Below the pieces are notes generated by a model. The model was not told the DNA's origin. It did no database searches and saw only the letters and a program-made list of their open reading frames with translations. A stretch of 64,000 bases of DNA from a virus. This document shows positions 25,766-33,326 of this stretch, piece after piece. The position numbers and the translations under genes were made by a program. The first letter of the stretch is position 1, and each line of letters begins with the position of its first letter. Location: positions 2,543-66,542 of IMG/VR virus record IMGVR_UViG_3300036799_000108. One strand, 5' to 3'.

Positions 25766-25941
25766 ACGACCGCGAGATGGCGCTGCAGGAGGCTGGCGAC
25801 GCCGCTGCCGACTGTGTGCAGCGCCTGGAGCGCATCAAAGGGTGGTTGGACGACCTGACACCCGAGGAGGCCCAGCTCTGGTTCCTGGCGCGACAGGCGT
25901 GCGACCGGCTCTATTTGGCCGTCAATAAGCGCCAGCCATGA
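25762..25941 (+). CDS. 59-aa hypothetical protein ending KRQP
   Basis: ATGA overlaps at both ends. Confidence 0.65.
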   Translation: MNDREMALQEAGDAAADCVQRLERIKGWLDDLTPEEAQLWFLARQACDRLYLAVNKRQP

Positions 25942-26234
25942 GCGAGACGGTGCAATTCTGCCCGAGGTGCCTAACCAAGACCTGGTTCGTGGGTGGTGTG
26001 TGCGAATGGTCGGACGGTCATCGCTGGCGCCAGGGCGACCGCGTGATGATCGCCATCGGACCGGACAGCACGCCTGGGGTGGTGATCCTAGCGTCGGGCA
26101 ACGGCAAGTCACTGATGCTGGAGTTTGAGGCAATCCTGCATGGCCATGTCGGGACGATGCCGGTGCTGCTCGAGGACGACGGCTGCTTTCGCTCTGTCGT
26201 CACAGGAGAGGTCGTAACTCTTCTTGGAGAGTAG
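25938..26234 (+). CDS. Hypothetical protein with N-terminal CxxC
   Basis: FCPRC; ATGA overlap. Confidence 0.65.
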   Translation: MSETVQFCPRCLTKTWFVGGVCEWSDGHRWRQGDRVMIAIGPDSTPGVVILASGNGKSLMLEFEAILHGHVGTMPVLLEDDGCFRSVVTGEVVTLLGE

Positions 26235-26236
26235 CC

Positions 26237-26488
26237 TTACGGCCTCTCGATCACCTCAACGTCGTCCAGCTTCAGGACGCACGCGAAACCGATGTCGTGC
26301 AGCATCCATCCCGTCGCGAATGGCGCTCCTTGGTGCCAGTGCGCAAGCACGAGGTCGCCAGCGCGCTTCACCGGCTTCCTGTTCGCGCCAGTGACATCCG
26401 TCCGAAGGCGCAGGACGGCATAGCCGTTGTGAGATCGCCAGGGGCGGAAGAATGGTTCGGTCGTGCGTGCCATGCGCCTCCTACTCAT
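26237..26488 (-). CDS. Hypothetical protein
   Basis: TAGGAGG RBS; convergent with the + operon. Confidence 0.65.
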   Translation of the reverse strand: MSRRRMARTTEPFFRPWRSHNGYAVLRLRTDVTGANRKPVKRAGDLVLAHWHQGAPFATGWMLHDIGFACVLKLDDVEVIERP

Positions 26489-26491
26489 GGG

Positions 26492-26884
26492 CTAATCCGC
26501 CGGCGGCACGATCGACAAACAGGGGGGAGAGCCGGGGGGGTCGCGTGGGGCTGCACCATAGGCGTCATAGAGTTGCTGCGACGGAAGGAGGTATCGGCCG
26601 CGGCGGATCGACGTCGCCTCGCTGCCCCAACGGCGGTGATGTTCCTCGGAAATCTCGTCTTCGGCAAAGGCTTTGGAGATCGCACCGTCGATCGAGAATA
26701 TGTTGCACCCGAGCACCTCCGCCAGCGCTCGGCGCGTGGGCAACGACCTCTGTTGCTCGTAGAGCGCGCAGATGATCCCCAGCAGGGGCGCTGCCAGGGG
26801 ATCCAGCACGTTGCGATGGTCGGCCAGCCACTCCTCGATCGCTCTGATGCGGTGGGCGGGGATTTCGGGCACCGAGTTGTCCAT
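26492..26884 (-). CDS. Winged-HTH-like protein
   Basis: LPTRRALAEVLGCNIFSIDGAISKA. Confidence 0.6.
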   Translation of the reverse strand: MDNSVPEIPAHRIRAIEEWLADHRNVLDPLAAPLLGIICALYEQQRSLPTRRALAEVLGCNIFSIDGAISKAFAEDEISEEHHRRWGSEATSIRRGRYLLPSQQLYDAYGAAPRDPPGSPPCLSIVPPAD

Positions 26885-26947
26885 CACGGGTTTTGTCCCT
26901 CCAATTTGCGATGCCGGGGCAAACTGCCAGTCGCCGCAACTGAGCAC

Positions 26948-26980
26948 AAAAAAAGCCCGGCCTCACACGGGAGGACCGGG
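26948..26980 (-). terminator. Intrinsic terminator (minus strand)
   Basis: CCCGGTCCTC-loop-GAGGCCGGGC followed by T7. Confidence 0.75.
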
Positions 26981-27022
26981 ACCGGGAGAGTATGTTCAGT
27001 TATCGCGCGCAACGCTACGGGC

Positions 27023-27303
27023 TTGCGGCGCCTCGCGCAACGGTAGCAGAATAAGGCGGGACGCAGCCGGGCTCTGACCCCCGACTACGTCCCTAACCAT
27101 AGGACGAGCTCGAGGACTGCCCCATGGCTGCGATTAAATTGCACGGTTTGCTGTGCGTCGCGAAGCGGCCTTGTGCCGCTGGGGCGGGCTGGGCGCGTGA
27201 TCGCGCCGTTAAAAATCAGTCTCGCCAATCAGTTAGGGTTCCGGCAGGCTGGTTACAGGCCCGACTCGGTGTCGGGTCGCCGCTGGAGCAACACATGACC
27301 TAA
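27023..27303 (+). promoter_or_regulatory. Structured leader upstream of rep: promoter, hairpin and 59-aa leader ORF
   Basis: TTGCGG-N18-CAGAAT; hairpin 27058-27093; ORF 27124-27303 with GAGGA RBS. Confidence 0.45.
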
Positions 27304-27455
27304 AACGCCGAAAGCCGCCACAAGGGCGGCCCTCCGCAGTCGATGATTAGGTACCTGGCAGTCCTGATCATCGTACAAGCAGCGCCCGAAATCAAGCCCG
27401 TCTTGGCTACGGAGGTGCGCGTCCAAATGGATGGCCTCGGCATGGGGGGAACACC

Positions 27456-28052
27456 ATGACGAAGCGCAGACCAAGTTCTGATCGTATCCGCCCCTGGCAC
27501 CGCGGCTCGGTGTTCGGTGACGGCCGACGCCGGCCTATGAACCGCGATGAAAAGGGCATCTGGCGGCGCCTCGTGCATCGCCACGTCAGGGCCGGCGGGA
27601 TCGGCCCCAAGGGCGCCTGGGCGCTGGAGGTGCTACCGGACTACCTCGCGCGGGACGGCCGCTGTGACCCGTCACACGCCCGTCTGGCGGCTGATGCCGG
27701 AGTGGGGGAGAGCACGGTCGCGCGGGCCCTGGCGGACGCCAAGGCCGTTGGGCTGCTGGATTGGGATCGCCGGCTCGTGCGCACCGGCTGGCGGGCCGAG
27801 CAGACCAGCAACGCCTATGTGCTGATCGTGCCGGGCAGCAGGGCAGGGGAGGGAGCACCGCCGCCTCAGCCTGCACCGCCTATCAAGAGCTTAAAGCTTG
27901 AATCTGGTTACACTGTCGCCGTGAATGTCGCAGCACTGCCGGTGATGGATCCCGCCGCCCAACAGGCCAGGATCGCGGCTAAATGGGCAGAGGAACGGCG
28001 GCTGCGGCTCGCCCGACTCGGTGCGAATCGAGGGGTGAATCGCATGGGCTAG
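27456..28052 (+). CDS. Plasmid-type HTH replication initiator (HTH_36-like)
   Basis: DGRCDPSHARLAADAGVGESTVARAL..GLLDWDRRLVRTGWRAEQTSNAYVL, the pattern of Acetobacteraceae-type plasmid HTH Rep proteins. Confidence 0.7.
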   Translation: MTKRRPSSDRIRPWHRGSVFGDGRRRPMNRDEKGIWRRLVHRHVRAGGIGPKGAWALEVLPDYLARDGRCDPSHARLAADAGVGESTVARALADAKAVGLLDWDRRLVRTGWRAEQTSNAYVLIVPGSRAGEGAPPPQPAPPIKSLKLESGYTVAVNVAALPVMDPAAQQARIAAKWAEERRLRLARLGANRGVNRMG

Positions 28053-28081
28053 TTTTGTTCTGACGGCCCGACGGCCCACGG

Positions 28082-29077
28082 TCAGAAGATCGTGGTGATC
28101 ATCGGGCCGATGCTGGGGATCGTGGCCACGCCGGCGGCGGCCCAGTGCTCAATGGCGGCCTGGGTGACCCAGACGGGCGGCGGGGCCACGCCAGCCCAGT
28201 GCTCCAGCGCGGCCTGCGTCACCGCGATCTGAACGAAGCCGCTGGTCGTGGTGGCCCAATGCTCGAAGGCGACCTGGGTGACCCAGAGCGGCGAGGCATC
28301 CGTGCCGCCCCACTCTTCCAGCGCGATCTGGGTGACCTGTGCCGCCGGGCTGCCGGCACCCCACTCCTCGATGGCGATCTGGGTGACCTGCGCATCGGGG
28401 AACAGAACTTGCCACTGCTCGACCGCCGCCTGGGTGAGCCACATCTGTGGCACCGGGAGGTACCACTCCTCGACCGCGGCCTGGGTGACGAGCGCGTTGG
28501 TATTGATCGTGGCGCCTGCGGTGAAGCCGCTGGTGAAGCCGCTCGGGACTGTGCCGCTGAACGCGCTGTCACCGAAGTTTGCGACGATATTGCCTGCGCC
28601 GTTGAAATACGCCCAGGGGTACAGCGGTAAGCCCAAACCGCCTGTGATACCGATGCCCCCAACGCCGGTCCCCGGTGAGGCTGCGGCGCTATTGTTCCAG
28701 TTCCCCGATGGCGCTACACGAAACCAGATCAGACGATTGGAAAGATCAACCGCAACGCCATACACATCTCCGGACGATCTGACGCCAAGTTGTATCCCGG
28801 TAGAGACGTTATCGACAGAAATGGTTCCGTTTATATTCACGACTGCGGAAGGGGCTACCGTGGTCGATATTCCAAGCGTGGTGTTGATACCCACCAAACC
28901 TATATAGGTGGCTGAATTGGTAGTGTTCATGGTAAATTCTAAATAGAACTTCCCGCTGGCTTGCCGGTCTGCGGCGCGAAGTCCTTGAGCGACAGTAATC
29001 GTTGTCGCCGTCAGATTGCCATTCGACAACGTGACGCTGGCGGTTTTGTCGGTGGTGCTCCATGTGGTGCCAGCCAT
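28082..29077 (-). CDS. Tail-associated SPRY/ConA-like protein with 7 C-terminal (V/L)TQxAxExW repeats
   Basis: TLSNGNLTAT, SGKFYLEF, GDVYGVAVDL, NFG..F.GTVPSGF. Confidence 0.8.
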   Translation of the reverse strand: MAGTTWSTTDKTASVTLSNGNLTATTITVAQGLRAADRQASGKFYLEFTMNTTNSATYIGLVGINTTLGISTTVAPSAVVNINGTISVDNVSTGIQLGVRSSGDVYGVAVDLSNRLIWFRVAPSGNWNNSAAASPGTGVGGIGITGGLGLPLYPWAYFNGAGNIVANFGDSAFSGTVPSGFTSGFTAGATINTNALVTQAAVEEWYLPVPQMWLTQAAVEQWQVLFPDAQVTQIAIEEWGAGSPAAQVTQIALEEWGGTDASPLWVTQVAFEHWATTTSGFVQIAVTQAALEHWAGVAPPPVWVTQAAIEHWAAAGVATIPSIGPMITTIF

Positions 29078-29095
29078 CGCTTAGCTCACAACTCG

Positions 29096-29110
29096 TGCTA
29101 CATTATCGGC
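29096..29110 (+). promoter_or_regulatory. Extended -10 (TG-C-TACATT) 6 nt before the HNH ATG; leaderless promoter candidate
   Basis: Same geometry at 31201-31215. Confidence 0.55.
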
Positions 29111-29701
29111 ATGAGACATGCGAGCATCACAGCCGACTGTGTGGTCTGTGGAACCGCCTTTCATCCGTGGCGGCACGCGATCGGACGCGCGCGCTTCTGT
29201 AGCCGAGCCTGCTATAAGAACAGATTGGGCAGCAACACCGAGGAAAAGTTCTGGACAAACGTCGTGAAAGGCGATGACTGCTGGATCTACAAGCGTGTAG
29301 GCCGGCGTGGTTACGGAAAGATGCTGGCGGATGGTAGGCATAAGCGGGCTCACCGGATCGCCTGGGAACTGAACAAGGGGGAAATACCCGCAGGACTGTT
29401 CGTTTGCCACACTTGCGATAACCCGTCCTGCGTTCGACCTGACCATCTGTTCCTCGGTACAGCCGCCGACAACACTGCCGATATGCTGGCGAAGGGGAGG
29501 CGTGTCGCACCAAGCACCGCCAACAGACCGCGCGGTGAACGTCACCACAATAGCAAGATCACTGCCACCGAAGCTCGTCGCATCAAAGCGCTTTGGGCAA
29601 AAGGCGGCAGAAGACAGGCAGACATCGGTGCTATGTTCGGTGTCAGCCAGACTGCCGTGTATCATATCGTTCATGGGCACAGTTGGGCACATATCAGCTA
29701 A
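29111..29701 (+). CDS. HNH homing endonuclease 1 (antisense to the tail operon)
   Basis: CW..GYG..AHR.AW..VCHTCDNPSCVRPDHLFLGT..DN..DM; C-terminal HTH ending WAHI. Confidence 0.93.
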   Translation: MRHASITADCVVCGTAFHPWRHAIGRARFCSRACYKNRLGSNTEEKFWTNVVKGDDCWIYKRVGRRGYGKMLADGRHKRAHRIAWELNKGEIPAGLFVCHTCDNPSCVRPDHLFLGTAADNTADMLAKGRRVAPSTANRPRGERHHNSKITATEARRIKALWAKGGRRQADIGAMFGVSQTAVYHIVHGHSWAHIS

Positions 29702-31178
29702 TTACGACCGGGCCGATTTGGCAATTATCCGCATTGGCCGCCGTCCAGGCCGAGCCGGTGTTCGGATCGGTGAGATCCATGCGCCATGCCCACTGCCAGC
29801 CGCTGTTGGTCAGCGTGAGTGTCGGCGAGGCGACAGTCGTGGAGCCAGACTTGATCCGCATCGAAGCGGTGCGCGAACCAGCATCGGACTTCTGCATATA
29901 CCCGCGTGTAGTCATCGCGATGATGGCGCCAGGGGTAGGCGTTGGCGTGATGGTGCCGAAGGCGTAGAAGTCCGCGTCGTTCACCGTGCTGTCGTAGACA
30001 TAGGTTGCTGTGCCGTCCTGCTGGGCTTCACTGACCACATCGCAATTCGCGCTGATCGTAAAAGTTATCGAACAGAGTGCCGCGTTGCTGGTGGTCATAG
30101 CGGGCGAGGCCGCAGGGAAACTCGCATACGAGGTCGTGCTGGTACCTCCTGATGTCACGGTTCCGCCAAAGCTAAAAGTGCCGGACGACGTATCGCTGAC
30201 AAAACCGAACCAATACTGTGTTCCTTTAGCCACCGTGACTGGTGTTCCAAAGGTAAACGTATTGATCCCCGTTACGGGGTTTGTGATGGCGGTAGCCGAG
30301 CCCAGCACCGTCGTCGGTGCACTTCCTGAAGACGCGAAGATCGAGCACTTCATATTGCCCGTGTAGCCAGCGCCCAGGGTGACAGTTGCCGTGCCAATCG
30401 TGCCGTCCCAGGCGGCCACAAAGGACGAGTATCGCGGCTGCCCTGCTGTGATGCCGGCGTTCGATATGATCGTGTAGGGCGTTTGGATGGCCGTCGTCGG
30501 CGACCGCGAGAACTGCACACTCGCATCGCTCGCTGGCATCCGGGTGTAGCACCGAATGTCGCCTATCCACGCCACGCTCGATGCGTCGGAGCGCCAGAAC
30601 AGATCATCGACCTGTTGGTTAACACTCGCGTTCACTCCGAATGTCAGTCGGTTGGCGTAAGCATTTACAGAGTTCTGCGTATCCAGGCTGCCCAGCGCGT
30701 GGTCGTTGCTAGTGTTGCCGTTCTTGCGCACCACCCAACTGCCGGTCGTGTTGTTGATCACCACTTCGATCTCGAACGCATACCATGTGGCGCTTGCTGT
30801 CACCGCGCCGGTATAGGTGTCCAGCGTCGTTCCTGCTGGACCGCCGGAAGTCAGCAGGATCGCGCCGTCGCTACGGAACACTACAGAGCATTGCGCTGTA
30901 GCTCCGTCTCCCAAGGAAAAGTAGGTAACACTTGACGTTCCTGATAGAGCTGCGGTCTGATAAAACGCGCAGACGATGTGGTGAACAGCATCGTTTTGCC
31001 CACTGTTCTTGATGAGGTTCATGCCAAGGGTGGCACACTGCAAGGCACGACTGCCCGCAAATCGGCCGGCTACTAGGGTGTAGTTGACGGAGCTGCCTGT
31101 GATGGCGTCCCAATACCCGTTGATGGCATCGGCGGCCGCCGTATACAGATCGAACCCGTCACCAAAGGACCATGCCAT
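29694..31178 (-). CDS. Tail-associated lectin-like (ConA/LamG-like) protein, paralogue 3
   Basis: FGDGFDLY N-terminus; C-terminal TTRGYMQKSDAG..DPNTGSAWT shared with two paralogues. Confidence 0.8.
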   Translation of the reverse strand: MAWSFGDGFDLYTAAADAINGYWDAITGSSVNYTLVAGRFAGSRALQCATLGMNLIKNSGQNDAVHHIVCAFYQTAALSGTSSVTYFSLGDGATAQCSVVFRSDGAILLTSGGPAGTTLDTYTGAVTASATWYAFEIEVVINNTTGSWVVRKNGNTSNDHALGSLDTQNSVNAYANRLTFGVNASVNQQVDDLFWRSDASSVAWIGDIRCYTRMPASDASVQFSRSPTTAIQTPYTIISNAGITAGQPRYSSFVAAWDGTIGTATVTLGAGYTGNMKCSIFASSGSAPTTVLGSATAITNPVTGINTFTFGTPVTVAKGTQYWFGFVSDTSSGTFSFGGTVTSGGTSTTSYASFPAASPAMTTSNAALCSITFTISANCDVVSEAQQDGTATYVYDSTVNDADFYAFGTITPTPTPGAIIAMTTRGYMQKSDAGSRTASMRIKSGSTTVASPTLTLTNSGWQWAWRMDLTDPNTGSAWTAANADNCQIGPVVIS

Positions 31179-31200
31179 CTCACGTCACCATGCCGAGTTG

Positions 31201-31215
31201 TGCTATGTTCGCTCG
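31201..31215 (+). promoter_or_regulatory. Extended -10 (TG-C-TATGTT) 6 nt before the HNH ATG
   Basis: Same geometry as 29096-29110. Confidence 0.55.
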
Positions 31216-31821
31216 ATGAGCCAGCCAAGCCTCACGGTCAATTGCATCAACTGCAACAAGGTCTATCACCCCAGGCCGTCTCAGTTCAGGCGGAGCACAC
31301 GTCACTTTTGCAGCCGCGCATGTGCGGACGGTCGTAGAATGGGAACCGTGGAGGAGCGGTTCTGGCGAAACGTCGTCCACGGGCGGGGATGTTGGACCTA
31401 CGAGAATGTGGGAGGAAATGGATACGGGAAGTTGCTCGTCAATGGAAAACACACACGCGCGCATCGTCTTGCATGGAAACTGACCAACGGGGTCATCCCG
31501 ACCGATATGCTTGTCTGCCATTCCTGCGACAACCCGTCCTGCGTGAGACCCGACCACCTGTTCCTTGGCACCAACGCTGATAATAGTGCGGACATGAACG
31601 CCAAAGGACGGACTGCCAGAGGAGAAAGATGCGCCCCCAGGAATCCTGCACGAGGCGAGCGTGATGCCAACGCGGTCTTGACCGCAGCCAAAGTCAGACG
31701 CATCCGGCTGCTTTACGCCACTGGACGAATTAGCCAGCAGAAGATCGCCGACAGTTTTGGGGTTAATCAAACTTGCATCTCCGCAGTCGTGCGACGGTTT
31801 ACCTGGGCACATGTCAGGTGA
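31216..31821 (+). CDS. HNH homing endonuclease 2 (antisense to the tail operon)
   Basis: CWT..GYG..AHRLAW..VCHSCDNPSCVRPDHLFLGT..DN..DM; ends WAHVR; paralogue of HNH 1. Confidence 0.93.
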   Translation: MSQPSLTVNCINCNKVYHPRPSQFRRSTRHFCSRACADGRRMGTVEERFWRNVVHGRGCWTYENVGGNGYGKLLVNGKHTRAHRLAWKLTNGVIPTDMLVCHSCDNPSCVRPDHLFLGTNADNSADMNAKGRTARGERCAPRNPARGERDANAVLTAAKVRRIRLLYATGRISQQKIADSFGVNQTCISAVVRRFTWAHVR

Positions 31822-33313
31822 CTATCGCCGGACCGATATTGACAGCATCCACCGCCGCGGCCGTCCACGCCAAGCCGGTGTTGGGATCGACGAGGTCGGT
31901 GCGCGATACCCACTGAAAGCTCTGAGCTGCCAGGGCCAGCGGCGACGAGGCCACGGTTGTGCCGCCCGATTTGATCTGCACCGCGGCGCTGCGGTTACCG
32001 GCATCGCTCTTCTGTATATACCCGCGTGTAGTGACGCCGACGATGGTCGTGGGCGTGCTGGCGATGGTGCCGATGCTGTAGAGATCGGCGTGGCCGACGG
32101 CGTTGTCGGAGACGTAGCTGGCGGTGCCGTCCTGCTGCTGCTCGTTGACAAACTGAGCGTTGGCAATTGTCGTTGGGGTGATGCTTGCCGTAAAGACACG
32201 CGGGGAGGCGCCGGACGTGACTACTGGATTGCTAGTCGGGAAAGAGGCATAGGTGTCGCTGGACCGAAAGTAGGCTGTCGTTGTATTGCTTGTCACGTAT
32301 TGCCCCGAGCCTGCATCGGCATTGAAGGCAATGAAGTATAAGGTTCCTGCGACGACGGACGGCGGTGATGAAAAAGTAAACGTATTGTTTCCCACCCCTG
32401 GTGCGCTGATCGGTGTGGCCGAACCTAAAGCCGTCGCCGGCAAGCCTCCAGAACTTGAATAGAGAGAGCATTTGAAGTTTGCAGTTGAGGCGACAGCGAT
32501 GGCTATCGTCAACGAAGTGAGCGTGCCAGAGGCAATCGGTGTGAATGGAATGTATTGGCCTTGGTTGGCGAGGACCGCTGTAGATGACTGGTTCGGATAT
32601 GGTGTCATCGGCACCACGCTACCGGAGCGGGTGAACTGCACCGATTGATCGGCCAGGGGCATCCGGGTGAAGCACCGCACGTCGCCGGTCCACGCGACGC
32701 TCGATGCGTCGCTGCGCCAGAGGAAGTCGTCGATGGTCTGTCCAAGACTGGTAGCAAAGTTCGAGCCGACTGCAATCTTATTCGCATAATTGTTGGCTGA
32801 AGCGCGGGTGTTCAGCGAGCCGAGCGTGAAGTCGTTGCTGGAATTGCCGTTCTTGCGCACACTGATCGACCCGGTCGTATTGTTGATCACCACCTCGATC
32901 TCGAACGAGTACCAAGTGTTAATCGCCGCTATTGCCCCGGTATAAGTCGCCAGCGTCGTTCCACCCAACGCACCTGATTGCAACAAAATCGCTCCGTCGC
33001 TGCGGAAGACGATCGTGCATTGCGCCGTAGCGCCATCAGATAGCGTGAAGAATGTTCCATTGGTCGTTCCAGTAAGAGGGGGCACCTGTAGAATGGCCAC
33101 TGTAATATGATGCACGGCATCATTGATGCCGGAAGTTTTGCTTATGTAGGGTGTAATGCTGCTGGTGGGAGACAACAGGCCGCGACTGCCGGCGAACCGA
33201 CCGCTTGCAGACAACGCCAGCGATGCTGTGCTGCCAAACGTCGCATCCCAATAGGTGCCGCAGTCGGTGAGTGTCGCGTAGAGATCGAACCCGTCGCCGA
33301 AGAAGAATGCCAT
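31814..33313 (-). CDS. Tail-associated lectin-like protein, paralogue 2
   Basis: MAFFFGDGFDLY; same architecture. Confidence 0.8.
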   Translation of the reverse strand: MAFFFGDGFDLYATLTDCGTYWDATFGSTASLALSASGRFAGSRGLLSPTSSITPYISKTSGINDAVHHITVAILQVPPLTGTTNGTFFTLSDGATAQCTIVFRSDGAILLQSGALGGTTLATYTGAIAAINTWYSFEIEVVINNTTGSISVRKNGNSSNDFTLGSLNTRASANNYANKIAVGSNFATSLGQTIDDFLWRSDASSVAWTGDVRCFTRMPLADQSVQFTRSGSVVPMTPYPNQSSTAVLANQGQYIPFTPIASGTLTSLTIAIAVASTANFKCSLYSSSGGLPATALGSATPISAPGVGNNTFTFSSPPSVVAGTLYFIAFNADAGSGQYVTSNTTTAYFRSSDTYASFPTSNPVVTSGASPRVFTASITPTTIANAQFVNEQQQDGTASYVSDNAVGHADLYSIGTIASTPTTIVGVTTRGYIQKSDAGNRSAAVQIKSGGTTVASSPLALAAQSFQWVSRTDLVDPNTGLAWTAAAVDAVNIGPAIVT

Positions 33314-33326
33314 CCCACCCTCGCTG

